A stretch of 64,000 nucleotides of DNA, from assembly GCA_947625765.1 (NCBI GenBank), contig CANQPP010000006.1, forward strand, positions 8,810 through 72,809, read 5' to 3'. Shown here piece after piece: positions 28,882 to 37,430 of this stretch. The position numbers were made by a program, and so were the translations under genes. Under the pieces are notes generated by a model, which was not told where the DNA came from, made no database searches, and worked only from the letters and a program-made list of their open reading frames with translations. This DNA comes from an uncultured Clostridia bacterium. GTDB lineage: Bacteria > Bacillota > Clostridia > Christensenellales > UBA1750. The first letter of the stretch is position 1; every line of letters begins with the position of its first letter.

Positions 28882-29439
28882 TCAGGCGCGCTCCATGTAC
28901 TCGCCGGTGCGGGTGTCGATGCGGATCTTCTCGCCCTGGTTGATGAAGATGGGCACGTTGACCACGTAGCCGGTCTCCAGCGTGGCGGGCTTGGTGACGT
29001 TGGTGGCGGTGTCGCCGCGGACGCCGGGCTCGGTGTCGGTGACCTCAAGCTCCACGAAGTTGGGGGCCTCCACGGAGAAGGCGGTGCCCTTGAAGAAGCG
29101 CACGGTCACGTTGGTGTTCTCCTTGACGAAGGGGATGGCGTCCTCCACGGTGTCGTGGTTCAGGGGCAGCTGGTCGAAGGTGTCCACGTCCATGAAGTAG
29201 TACAGCTCGCCGTCGCTGTACAGGTAGGTCATTTCCTTGGTCTCGATGTTGGCGCGGGGCACCTTATCCGTGGGGTTGAAGGTGCGCTCCAAAACGGCGC
29301 CGGTCATGACGTTCTTGATGCGGGTGCGCACGAAGGCCGCGCCCTTGCCGGGCTTTACGTGCTGGAAGTCCACGATATTGAAGACGCTGCCGTCCAGTTC
29401 AATGGTTACGCCCTTGCGAAATTCTCCTGCGGTGATCAT
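28882..29439 (-). CDS. efp: Elongation factor P
   Basis: [17 protein letters not shown]...[16 protein letters not shown] (conserved KPGKG loop). 185 aa. GAGGAGG RBS. It forms the C-terminal part of the artefactual 562-aa track ORF. Confidence 0.97.
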   Translation of the reverse strand: MITAGEFRKGVTIELDGSVFNIVDFQHVKPGKGAAFVRTRIKNVMTGAVLERTFNPTDKVPRANIETKEMTYLYSDGELYYFMDVDTFDQLPLNHDTVEDAIPFVKENTNVTVRFFKGTAFSVEAPNFVELEVTDTEPGVRGDTATNVTKPATLETGYVVNVPIFINQGEKIRIDTRTGEYMERA

Positions 29440-29504
29440 GGGTCTAATTCCTCCTCGTATCTTTTGAAAGTCGAACAAATGAAACGTTGTATCGTGTCCC
29501 TGCC

Positions 29505-30563
29505 TTACAGGGTGATCAGCTTCTTCTCGCTGTGGCTGAGCGTCTTCTGACCGTTCTCGGTCACGATGCAAAGGTCCTCGATGCGCACGCCGCCGATGCC
29601 GGGCAGGTAGATGCCGGGCTCGATGGTCACGGCCATGCCGGGCTCCAGCACCGTCTCGCAGCTCTGGGAGAGGCGCGGCGCCTCGTGGATGAGCCTGCCC
29701 ACGCCGTGGCCCAGGCCGTGGCCGAAGCAGTCGCCGTAGCCGGCCTTGGCGATGAGGTCCCTGGCCACGGAGTCCATCTCCCTGCCGGTCCTGCCGGGGC
29801 GCAGGGCGTCCAGGGCGGTGAGGTTTGCCTCCAGCACGATGTCGTAGATCTCGTGGAGCTTCTCGCTGATGGGGCCCATGGCAACGGTGCGGGTAAAGTC
29901 GGCGCAGTAATCGTCCACCTTGCAGCCGAAGTCGAAGGTGACCACGTCGCCGGTGCGGATCACGCGGTCCGAGGGGATGGCGTGCGGCAGGGAGGCGTTC
30001 TCGCCGGAGGCGGCGATGGTGGAGAAGGACAGGCCCTCCGCGCCGTGGCTGAGCATGTAGTTGTACAGCTCCAGCGCGGCCTGCTTTTCCGTCATGCCGG
30101 TCTTTAAGACCGTCAGCAGGTAGGAGAAGGCGTCGTCGGTGATGCTCTCGGCCTTCTGCATGGCGGCGATCTCGTCCTCGTCCTTGATGATGCGCAGCTT
30201 CTCGGGCAGGCCGTTCATGGGCAGCAGCTCCGCTTTTGGCATGAGCTTCTTTAGGTCGCGGCCCTCCTGGATGGTGAGCATATCCTCCTCCCAGAGGGCG
30301 GGCGCGGCGGCCTCCACAACGCTGTCGGCGATGATCTTGTTCTGGGTGAGCCCGCCGCCGGTGGACAGGATCTCCCAGCCGGGGCTCTGGCGCTGGGCCG
30401 CCTCCACATAGCGGAAGTCGGTCACGATGATGTTTCTCTTTTCCGTGACGACCACGGCGCCCTCGCCCAGGAAACCGCTCAGATAGCGCATGTTCTCGGG
30501 CTTGTGCACGATGGCCGTTCTTCCGCCCAGCTCGGCGCGGAAGCGCTGGATCCTTGTGGACAT
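29505..30563 (-). CDS. Xaa-Pro aminopeptidase (M24B family)
   Basis: Creatinase-like N-domain plus M24 metal ligands (DFGC...[15 protein letters not shown]). It sits directly upstream of efp, as with yqhT-efp in Bacillus. Confidence 0.9.
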   Translation of the reverse strand: MSTRIQRFRAELGGRTAIVHKPENMRYLSGFLGEGAVVVTEKRNIIVTDFRYVEAAQRQSPGWEILSTGGGLTQNKIIADSVVEAAAPALWEEDMLTIQEGRDLKKLMPKAELLPMNGLPEKLRIIKDEDEIAAMQKAESITDDAFSYLLTVLKTGMTEKQAALELYNYMLSHGAEGLSFSTIAASGENASLPHAIPSDRVIRTGDVVTFDFGCKVDDYCADFTRTVAMGPISEKLHEIYDIVLEANLTALDALRPGRTGREMDSVARDLIAKAGYGDCFGHGLGHGVGRLIHEAPRLSQSCETVLEPGMAVTIEPGIYLPGIGGVRIEDLCIVTENGQKTLSHSEKKLITL

Positions 30564-30662
30564 AAGTCAAAACCTCCTAAGGCGGGGCGTAAATGACCCT
30601 ATAACCCTTTGTATTTTACCACAGGGGAAGCAGAAAGTAAACGCACAAAGCCGTCCTTTCGG

Positions 30663-31136
30663 CTTTTCTTATGAAAAGTCTTTGGGAAAATCCGCCTCGT
30701 TCGGGCCGAAGCGCCCCTTGGGCGGCGGTCCCGGCGCGTCTTTTCCCGCGGCCGCTTTCGTCATTTGAGGAAAGGGAAGCGCGGCGGCGGGCTTTTCTTC
30801 CGAAAATGCCATAGGAAAAACCGCCTCGTTCTGGCCAAAGAGCCCGTTTTCACCTCTCGGTGCCGCTGGAACACCTTGGCCGTTTCCAAAAAGACCGCCC
30901 TGCTGCTGGTCTTTCTTTTGAACTTCTTTGATAAAAACCGTCTCATTCGGGCCGGAGCGCCCCTTGGACGGCGGTCCCGGCGCGTCTTTCCCCACGGCCG
31001 CTTCCGTCATTTGAGGAAAGGGGAGCGCGGCGCGGGCGTTTCTTCTAAGAATGTCTTAAGGAAAACCGCCTCGTTTGGGCTAAAGCGCCCGCTTTCACCG
31101 CTCTCAACGTCTTGCGCGGCGGCTCCGGGCGGCTCT
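30663..31136. repeat. Tandem duplication of about 247 bp containing four related sub-repeats
   Basis: Sub-repeat heads lie at 30663, 30792, 30911 and 31038 (CTTTTCTT-N-GAAAA...GGAAAA-CCGCCTCGTT-GGGCC-AAGCGCC). The roughly 95-nt stretches 30696-30790 and 30943-31037 are nearly identical. Confidence 0.7.
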
Positions 31137-31838
31137 TTACTTGCCTTCCCTCTTGATGGCCTCCGTCATCTGCGCCAGGAACGCGCGGTTGCCGGGCTTG
31201 CCCTTTTCCGGCGGCACCGTGTAGCCGAAGAACAGGTGCAGGGCGGAGAGCTTTCCGTAGCGCCAGGCATGCTCGATTGCGTAGCGGATGTCCCGCTCCA
31301 CGCTTTCCGGGCGCACGCCCTTCTCTCGGGCGATGGGCCCATACACCCGAGCGCGCAGGTCCCGCAGGCGCTCCCCGTCCTGCAAACAGAGGCACAGCGC
31401 CCGCTCGATGTACTCCCTTCCCCGCAGGTGCGTAGAAAAGCCCATCTCCTGCAGGCGCTCGGCCATGCGCCGGGCGGTGGGGCCGTCGATCTGTCTTCTT
31501 CCCACAAGGTCCAAACAGGCGAAGGCCTCCTCCCAGCCTTCGCCCACCAGCGCCCCCGCAAGGGGCAGAGAGCCCCTGTCCATGCCCCTGGGCGCGCACA
31601 GCACCAGAGCGGGCGCGCCGGGCAGGGCCAGCTCGCCCAAGCGGGACAGGACCGCCGCGCCGTCTAAGAGGGGCAGCACCAGCTCACACAGGAGCGCGTC
31701 GGGCCGCTCCCGCCGGGCCTGTTCCAGCAGCTGCCTGCCGTCCAGGCAGCCGCCCAGCACGAAGCAGCCCCGCTCCCGGGCCAGCGCCTCCGCCCTTTGC
31801 AGGCTCTCCTTCCGCGCGCAGCCGATCAGCAGATCCAT
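31137..31838 (-). CDS. spo0A: Spo0A-family transcription factor with a degenerate (pseudo-)receiver domain
   Basis: The C-terminal half matches the Spo0A DNA-binding domain (HLRGREYIERAL...ESVERDIRYAIEHAWRYG...LFFGYTVPPEKGKPGNRAFLAQMTEAI). The N-terminal half aligns to a receiver, but LLCELVLPLLDG replaces L(L/V)LDIIMPxLDG. The acidic pair, the Thr and the Lys are also absent. Confidence 0.85.
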   Translation of the reverse strand: MDLLIGCARKESLQRAEALARERGCFVLGGCLDGRQLLEQARRERPDALLCELVLPLLDGAAVLSRLGELALPGAPALVLCAPRGMDRGSLPLAGALVGEGWEEAFACLDLVGRRQIDGPTARRMAERLQEMGFSTHLRGREYIERALCLCLQDGERLRDLRARVYGPIAREKGVRPESVERDIRYAIEHAWRYGKLSALHLFFGYTVPPEKGKPGNRAFLAQMTEAIKREGK

Positions 31839-31917
31839 CCCTTTTCCCCCTTCCGGCTATCATTCCAAAAGGGTTTTCTGCGCCCATCCCCCGTTTTCCT
31901 GCCGCGAAAAAGGGCGT

Positions 31918-32046
31918 TTATTGCGCCTCCAGCATCCAGTCGATGAACACGCCGTAGCCGCGCAGCGGGTCGTTGACGAACACGTGCGTCACCGCACCCA
32001 CCAAATACCCGTCCTGTATAATGGGGCTGCCGGACACGGCTGTGTC
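31918..32046 (-). pseudogene. spoIVB: 3'-terminal remnant of the spoIVB (S55 peptidase) gene
   Basis: Hand translation of the minus strand gives [42 protein letters not shown]-stop. This matches the SpoIVB C-terminus around the catalytic serine (GMSGSPII...[14 protein letters not shown]). There is no upstream coding continuation, and it lies 80 bp upstream of spo0A as in canonical synteny. Confidence 0.75.
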
Positions 32047-33604
32047 AATATAGGGACAACAACTTTCCCATCTCGTCCCGGAAGTTCCACTCGATGCGCA
32101 ACTCCCCTTCCTCCCCGATCACGATCCTGCGGATCATCTCGTGGGTCAGCGCCGGCGTCAGCGTTTGGACGGGTCGGCAGCGCGTGTCCGTTTCCGGGGC
32201 GGCCTGTTCCCCTCGCGCCCCCTTTTCCAGCTCCTTTTCCAGCAGTTCCAGTTTGAGCTTCATCGGCTCCGCATCCTTAGTCAGCGCCGCCTTGGCAGCG
32301 GAAAATTCCTCCCGGCTCAACTGCCCGCCCGCGTACTGTTCGTACAGGCGCAGCTTTTCTTCCTCTTTCCGTTCGATCCGCCGCCGGAGGGAGATACATT
32401 CCGCCCGCAGCTTGCCAAGCTCTCCCTTCCCCCGCCCCGCCCGCGGCAGCTCCGCTTCCAACAGCTGCATCTGCGCGTTCAGCGCCCGCAGCACCACCTT
32501 TTTGAGCTTTTCCTCGTCGGCCCGCACGCGGGCGCAGCCGCTGTCCGGGGCGTAGCGGCGGGTGCCGCACAGCCAGTACCGGCTCTGCGGCCTGCCCTTG
32601 GTCAGCCGCTTGCCGCAGCAGCCGCAGACGAGCAGGGAGGTAAACGGTCCCGCCTGCGCCGTCGGTGGAGACTTGCGCTTAGAGCGCACCGCCGCGCGGG
32701 CCCTTGCGAACGTCTCCCGGCTCACGATACCCTCGTGGGTGTTCGGGATGAGCTGCCTCTCCGCCTCCGGGACGGGCCGCAGCCTGCCGCTGCCCACCTT
32801 GCACACGTGCGAGCGGAAGGGCACCGTGTCGCCCGTGTAGGTCCTGTTTTCCAGTATGTTGCGGACGGACTCGTAGTTCCACACCGGCTGCACCCTGTAC
32901 CGACCCCGCACGGCGGCAAGGTACGCGGACGGCGTGGCCGTGCCGCTCTCGTTGAGCCGCCGGGCGATCTGCGTGATCGGCACGCCCTGTTCGGCCCAGG
33001 CGAAAATCTTCCGCACCACGGCGGCCGCGGGCCTGTCCACGACGATGCTGTTCTTCTTTTCCCCCTTCTTGTAGCCGTAGGGCACGGCCCCGAAGGCGTA
33101 TTCCCCGCCCAGCTTCTTTAAGTCCACCGCGCTGCGGATCTTTCTCGAGAGGTCGCGGCTGTACATCTGGTTGAGCAGGTTGCGCACGGCCAGCTCCAGC
33201 CCGCCCGTGCCGCCGTCCAGTGCCCTGGTGTCGAAGCGGTCGTTGACGGAGATGAAGCGCACATTATAAAGGGGAAACACGAGCTCCAGATACCGCCCCG
33301 CCTCTATATAATTGCGGGCAAAGCGCGAAAGGTCGCGCACCACGACCGTCCCCACCTTCCCCGCCTCGACCAGCTGCAGGAGGGACCGCATGCCGGGCCT
33401 GTCCATGCTGGTGCCGGAGGCCCCGTCGTCCACGATCTCCCGGAAGGAGCAGACGTCCAGCCCTTCCTCCTCCAGAAAGCGGCGGATGCAGGCCCGCTGG
33501 GAGGCGATGCTGCAGCTCTCGCCCGCATCGCCGTCCTCTTTTGATAGGCGCAGGTACACGATCCCCATCCGTTCAGTCGGCATGGCTCTCCTCTTCTCCC
33601 GCAT
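32045..33604 (-). CDS. Large serine recombinase (third of three)
   Basis: Resolvase domain ([11 protein letters not shown]...[30 protein letters not shown]). It also has a recombinase domain, a zinc ribbon (CGCCGKRLT...WLCGTRRY) and a coiled coil. The start is uncertain: 33604, 33583 or 33568. Confidence 0.9.
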   Translation of the reverse strand: MREKRRAMPTERMGIVYLRLSKEDGDAGESCSIASQRACIRRFLEEEGLDVCSFREIVDDGASGTSMDRPGMRSLLQLVEAGKVGTVVVRDLSRFARNYIEAGRYLELVFPLYNVRFISVNDRFDTRALDGGTGGLELAVRNLLNQMYSRDLSRKIRSAVDLKKLGGEYAFGAVPYGYKKGEKKNSIVVDRPAAAVVRKIFAWAEQGVPITQIARRLNESGTATPSAYLAAVRGRYRVQPVWNYESVRNILENRTYTGDTVPFRSHVCKVGSGRLRPVPEAERQLIPNTHEGIVSRETFARARAAVRSKRKSPPTAQAGPFTSLLVCGCCGKRLTKGRPQSRYWLCGTRRYAPDSGCARVRADEEKLKKVVLRALNAQMQLLEAELPRAGRGKGELGKLRAECISLRRRIERKEEEKLRLYEQYAGGQLSREEFSAAKAALTKDAEPMKLKLELLEKELEKGARGEQAAPETDTRCRPVQTLTPALTHEMIRRIVIGEEGELRIEWNFRDEMGKLLSLY

Positions 33605-35279
33605 TCAGCGCTTCCAGCTCCCGGAAGGGGTCGCGGCCGCGCAGCACGATGCGGATCGAGCGGTCTTTCCTTACCTCGATCCGCTCCACCAACAGGTCGA
33701 GCAAGCCGCGGTCGAGCCGGGGCAGAAGCCTGTATTCCCGCAGCCGCGCCGCCCATTCCCGCGCTTTTTTGAGCGTCACCTTTTCCGCCTTCATTTTTTC
33801 CTCCGCTTCCCTTTCTTCCCGCTGGGCTTCCGTCAGCTGCGCCTTATATCTTCCCTTCATGTAGATGTACTCGTCCCGGTCGATCACGCCCCGGGCCGCG
33901 TCCGCAAGCAGCCCCTCGAGCCTCGCCTCTATGCGCTCTTTCTTGGCCGCAAGGCCCGCCCGCGCCGTCTCGCCCGCGCGTCTGCGGGCAACCTGTCCGC
34001 GCTCGATCTCCTCAAGCAGGCGGTCAACATCCGCAAACAGGCGCAGCTGCACGTCCAGCTGGCCCTTCACCCGCTCGTGTAGCCTGTCCTGCCGCAGGTA
34101 GTGGCAGGCGCAGGCCGCCCCCTGGCTGCGGCGGTAGGCCGCGCACTCGAAGAAGATGTGGCTCTGCCCTTTGGAGCCCGCCCGCGCGCAGCCCTTGGCC
34201 GCGAGCATCGGCGCGCCGCAGTCCGCGCAGAACACCTTGCCGCGGAACAGTTCGCGGTCCTCCTGCCCGCAGCCGGGCCTCGCCCGGAAGTTTTCCCGTT
34301 TCGCCCGCCGTTCGGCGGCCACGCTCTGCGCCTTCTCGAACAGCTCCTCCGGCACGATGGCCGGGTGCGCCGCCTCGATCACCCGCCATTCGGCTTTTTC
34401 CCTTTGCCTCTTGGGCAGGCCGACACGCTCCCGGCCAAATTTGCCGTGGATGCGCTTTCCCGTGTACACCGGGTCGGAGAGCAGCTTCTGCACGGTCTCC
34501 CGCCGCCACAGCGCCGCCTCGTATTTAGGCGCCTTCGTCAGGCCCCGCAGGAAGCGCAGTCGCCCCGGGCAGGGAACGCCTTCCCCGTTGAGCACGCGCG
34601 AGATCTGGCCATAGCTTGCCCCCTCTGCCCGCATGGCGAACATCCGCAGGACCACCGGCGCGGCCTCCCCGTCCACGCGGTAGCTCGCCTTCTCCGGGTC
34701 GCGCAGGTAGCCGTAGGGCACGCTGCCGGAGGCGGGCAGGAACTCCCCCTTCTCCATCCTCGCCGAGATGCTGGAGCGCACCTTGCGGGAGATGTCCTTC
34801 ACGTAGTGGTCGTTCATCACCATCCTGAGCGGCAGCGTGAGAGCCTGGGCATCCGCGCCCTTTGCGGCGCTGTCGTAGCCGTCGTTGATGCTTATAAAGC
34901 GCACGTTCAGGGCGGGAAAGACCCGCTCCACGAGCCGCGCCGTCCGCGAAAAGTGGCGGCCCAGGCGGGAGACGTCCTTGACCAGCACGCAGCGGATTTG
35001 CCCCGCCCGTATGTCCTCCATCAGCCGCAAAAGATCCGGCCGGTCGTACCGCAGGCCGCTCCAGCCGCTGTCCGTATAGAAGTCATGCAGCTGAAGCTCC
35101 GGGTGCTCCATGAGGTAGGCGCGGGCGATCTTCTTCTGGCTGCCGATGGAGTTCTGTTCCTCATCGTCCCCGTCCTCCACCGAAAGGCGGGCGTACACTG
35201 CCGTCGGGACGGCTTTTTCGGGAAACTCTTTCCAAAACTCCGGCCTTTCCGGCCCCGTTCTCCTGCTCTTTCTCGCCAT
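33573..35279 (-). CDS. Large serine recombinase (second of three)
   Basis: VYARLSVEDGDD...SIGSQ, DSGWSGLRYDRPD, VLVKDVSRLGRH. Zinc ribbon CADCGAPMLAA...FFECAAY and a coiled-coil tail. Its ATG directly abuts the stop of the upstream recombinase. Confidence 0.9.
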   Translation of the reverse strand: MARKSRRTGPERPEFWKEFPEKAVPTAVYARLSVEDGDDEEQNSIGSQKKIARAYLMEHPELQLHDFYTDSGWSGLRYDRPDLLRLMEDIRAGQIRCVLVKDVSRLGRHFSRTARLVERVFPALNVRFISINDGYDSAAKGADAQALTLPLRMVMNDHYVKDISRKVRSSISARMEKGEFLPASGSVPYGYLRDPEKASYRVDGEAAPVVLRMFAMRAEGASYGQISRVLNGEGVPCPGRLRFLRGLTKAPKYEAALWRRETVQKLLSDPVYTGKRIHGKFGRERVGLPKRQREKAEWRVIEAAHPAIVPEELFEKAQSVAAERRAKRENFRARPGCGQEDRELFRGKVFCADCGAPMLAAKGCARAGSKGQSHIFFECAAYRRSQGAACACHYLRQDRLHERVKGQLDVQLRLFADVDRLLEEIERGQVARRRAGETARAGLAAKKERIEARLEGLLADAARGVIDRDEYIYMKGRYKAQLTEAQREEREAEEKMKAEKVTLKKAREWAARLREYRLLPRLDRGLLDLLVERIEVRKDRSIRIVLRGRDPFRELEALNAGEEESHAD

Positions 35280-36914
35280 CTAACCCGCCTCCCCGGCCCG
35301 GATCGTCCGCCTAAGCAGCTCCAGCTCGTCCCTGTAATTGAACTCCACCCGTACGCGCTTGCCCTCATACACATACACCTTGTTGATGAGCGTGGCCACC
35401 GCCTCGCGGCTCAGCTCCCGCAGTCCGCGGAACTTTAGGTACTGTTCCAGAAAGCCGCCCGCGCTGCTTGCGGACAAAAGCGCCTGCCTTTCCTCCTGCA
35501 GTCTGCGCTTTTCCGCCTCCGCCCGCTCGATGCGCGCGCCGTACTTTTGCCGCATCGCCGCGTATTCCTCCCGGTCGATGAGGGCATCTTGCAGGGCCTC
35601 GTACAGCCCCATGCGGAACTCCCTGTCCTTCTCGATCTCCCTTTCCTTTTGTTCCAGCTGCCTGTCCATCCACAGCGCGCGCATCTCATTGAAGTCCTGC
35701 ACGCCCAGCTTTTCGGCCAGCATTTCCGTTTCCGAAACCAGGTCCAGCTGCCCCTGCACAGCATGCAGCACCACCGCCTCCAGCCTGTCCTGGGCAAAGC
35801 TGTGGCTGCTGCAGCCCCTGCCCGCCTTGTGGCCGGAGCAGACGTAATAGTGGAACGTCTTGCCGCCGCGCTTAACGCTCCGCCTGAGCATGGAGCTGCC
35901 GCAGTCCGCGCAGAACAGCACCCCCGCCAGCGGCAGCACCCGCTTTTCCTCCGGCGGCCTGCGCGTATCGCGGGCAAGCAGCTCCTGCACCACGGCAAAC
36001 AGTAGCGGATCGACGATGGCCGGGTGGTTGTTGGGCACGCTGACCCACTGTGCCGGGTCGCGCTCCACCACCGTCTTGATCTTGTAGTTGGGCGTCCCGC
36101 GCCTGCCCTGCACCAAAGTGCCTATGTAGACGGGGTCCTTCAGGATGCGCTCGACCGTCACCGCCGACCAGAGGGGCGTCTCCCGCCTCTGGAAGCCGCT
36201 CTGGTAGCGGAGGGCGTTTGATTTTTTGTACGCAGCGGGCGAGGGGATCCCCCTCTCGTTCAGCCACGCCGCGATGGCGCTCTGGCTGTACCCTTCCAGC
36301 TTCATGGAAAACACGGCCCGCACCACGCCCGCGGCGCCCTCGTCGATCTCCAGCCTGTGCTTGTCCTCCTTGGACTTTTTGTAGCCGTAGCGGGCGAAGG
36401 CGCCTAAGAACTCGCCATTTGCGCGCTGCACGCGGAACTGGCTGCGCAGCTTCTTGGACAGCTCGCGGCAGTAGGATTCGTTCATGATGTTCTTGATGGG
36501 GATGAGCAGCTCGTCCCCGGCGGAACCGCGCTCGCTGTCCACGTCGTCGTTGATGGCGATAAAGCGCACGCCCAGGGACGGGAAGATCATCTCCAGATAC
36601 TTGCCCGTCTCGATGTACTCCCTGCCCAGGCGGGAGAGGTCCTTGACGATCACGCAGTCGATCCGCTTCTCTCTCGCCGCCTCCAGCACAGAACAAAAGC
36701 CGGGACGATCGTAGTTCGTTCCGGTGTAGCCGTCGTCGCAGGCCTCCCCTTCCAGCTCGATCTCCGGGTGCCTTTTGACGTACTCTAAGATCAGCTTGCG
36801 CTGATTTGCGATACTGTCGCTCTCATGCCCCGCGCCCGTCTCCCGGGACAGGCGGTAATACGCCATGGCGCGGTAGGTCTTTTTCCCCTGTTCTCCTGCT
36901 TTGCTCTCTGCCAT
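35280..36914 (-). CDS. Large serine recombinase (first of three)
   Basis: AYYRLSRETG...SIANQ, DDGYTGTNYDRPG, VIVKDLSRLGRE. Zinc ribbon CADCGSSMLRR...YYVCSGH. The start is the ATG at 36914 behind AAGGAGG; the ORF extends to 36971. Confidence 0.9.
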   Translation of the reverse strand: MAESKAGEQGKKTYRAMAYYRLSRETGAGHESDSIANQRKLILEYVKRHPEIELEGEACDDGYTGTNYDRPGFCSVLEAAREKRIDCVIVKDLSRLGREYIETGKYLEMIFPSLGVRFIAINDDVDSERGSAGDELLIPIKNIMNESYCRELSKKLRSQFRVQRANGEFLGAFARYGYKKSKEDKHRLEIDEGAAGVVRAVFSMKLEGYSQSAIAAWLNERGIPSPAAYKKSNALRYQSGFQRRETPLWSAVTVERILKDPVYIGTLVQGRRGTPNYKIKTVVERDPAQWVSVPNNHPAIVDPLLFAVVQELLARDTRRPPEEKRVLPLAGVLFCADCGSSMLRRSVKRGGKTFHYYVCSGHKAGRGCSSHSFAQDRLEAVVLHAVQGQLDLVSETEMLAEKLGVQDFNEMRALWMDRQLEQKEREIEKDREFRMGLYEALQDALIDREEYAAMRQKYGARIERAEAEKRRLQEERQALLSASSAGGFLEQYLKFRGLRELSREAVATLINKVYVYEGKRVRVEFNYRDELELLRRTIRAGEAG

Positions 36915-37044
36915 AAAAGCCAAACCTCCTTGAAATCCAGTTCTATTCTCAAGGGGCTCTGCCTCCGGCATCCGTCCTCATCGACCACATACAAAAAAGT
37001 ATGCCTCCCTGCGGCCTTCCCTGTCAATAACGCAAGACGAATTG

Positions 37045-37290
37045 TCACAAATTCCCAGCGGGCCCGGACAGGCTGCGGGCGTAGGAGAGGAGCCTGTCCT
37101 GCAGCGTGACGGAGGTGTCCGCATAGCCGATCTCCACCACCACGCCGTCGTCCAGGTAGCGGTAGGGGTCGCCGATCTGCCTTATGTAATCCCGCAGCCG
37201 CTCCTCCCGCGGGCGGCTTACATCGATCGAAACGTCCCGTATGTCGCGGAGTTCTGCCCTGTCAAGCGCCCGCGTTCCATCCTTCTCCAT
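37045..37290 (-). CDS. Small hypothetical protein leading the recombinase gene string
   Basis: 81 aa. A strong RBS (GGAAGGAGG) lies 8 nt upstream of the ATG. It has the same orientation as the recombinases and sits 130 bp upstream of the first one. Confidence 0.6.
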   Translation of the reverse strand: MEKDGTRALDRAELRDIRDVSIDVSRPREERLRDYIRQIGDPYRYLDDGVVVEIGYADTSVTLQDRLLSYARSLSGPAGNL

Positions 37291-37366
37291 GTCCCTTTCC
37301 TCCTTCCATTCTCTGGATAGGATGGACGCCTTTCCCTCCGCCTATGCGGGGTACAGGCATGCGAAA

Positions 37367-37402
37367 AGCCGCCGGACCCGTTTTTTTAGGTCCGGCGGCT
37401 TC
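37367..37402 (-). terminator. Rho-independent terminator after the PHP-domain gene
   Basis: aagccgccggacc-loop-ggtccggcggctt, a 13-bp perfect stem with a T-run on the minus strand. Confidence 0.7.
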
Positions 37403-37430
37403 GTGCCGTTTGTGTTTTAGAGAGTTTGTC

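Larger units (their letters stand above)
32045..37300 (-). mobile_element. Compact serine-recombinase module (small ORF plus three large serine recombinases) inserted at the spoIVB locus; the right boundary is approximate
   Basis: Four co-directional, tightly packed genes with no cargo. The left end coincides with the break in spoIVB homology at about 32035-32046. The right end lies somewhere between 37291 and 37366, before the terminator of the PHP gene. Confidence 0.55.

Noticed and set aside
28882-30570. 562-aa minus-strand ORF spanning efp and pepP
   Set aside because: Only its last 185 codons (from the ATG at 29439 with a GAGGAGG RBS) are EF-P. The upstream 377 codons are an Arg/Gly/Pro/His-rich out-of-frame shadow of the well-supported pepP gene (29505-30563).
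30669-31010. 113-aa minus-strand ORF with an internally repeated peptide (MT[EK]AA.GKDAPGPP.KGR.GPNE)
   Set aside because: The peptide repeat is simply the translation of the 247-bp DNA duplication. There is no RBS, the ORF lies in the pepP promoter/spo0A terminator gap, and other frames are equally open.
37291-37370. Terminal inverted or direct repeats or att core matching the left junction at 32030-32060
   Set aside because: Only a weak shared ATAGG..GGAC string was seen by eye (caatATAGGGACaac against ctggATAGGATGGACgcc). That is too short to distinguish from chance, and the right flank is not spoIVB sequence. No att call is made.
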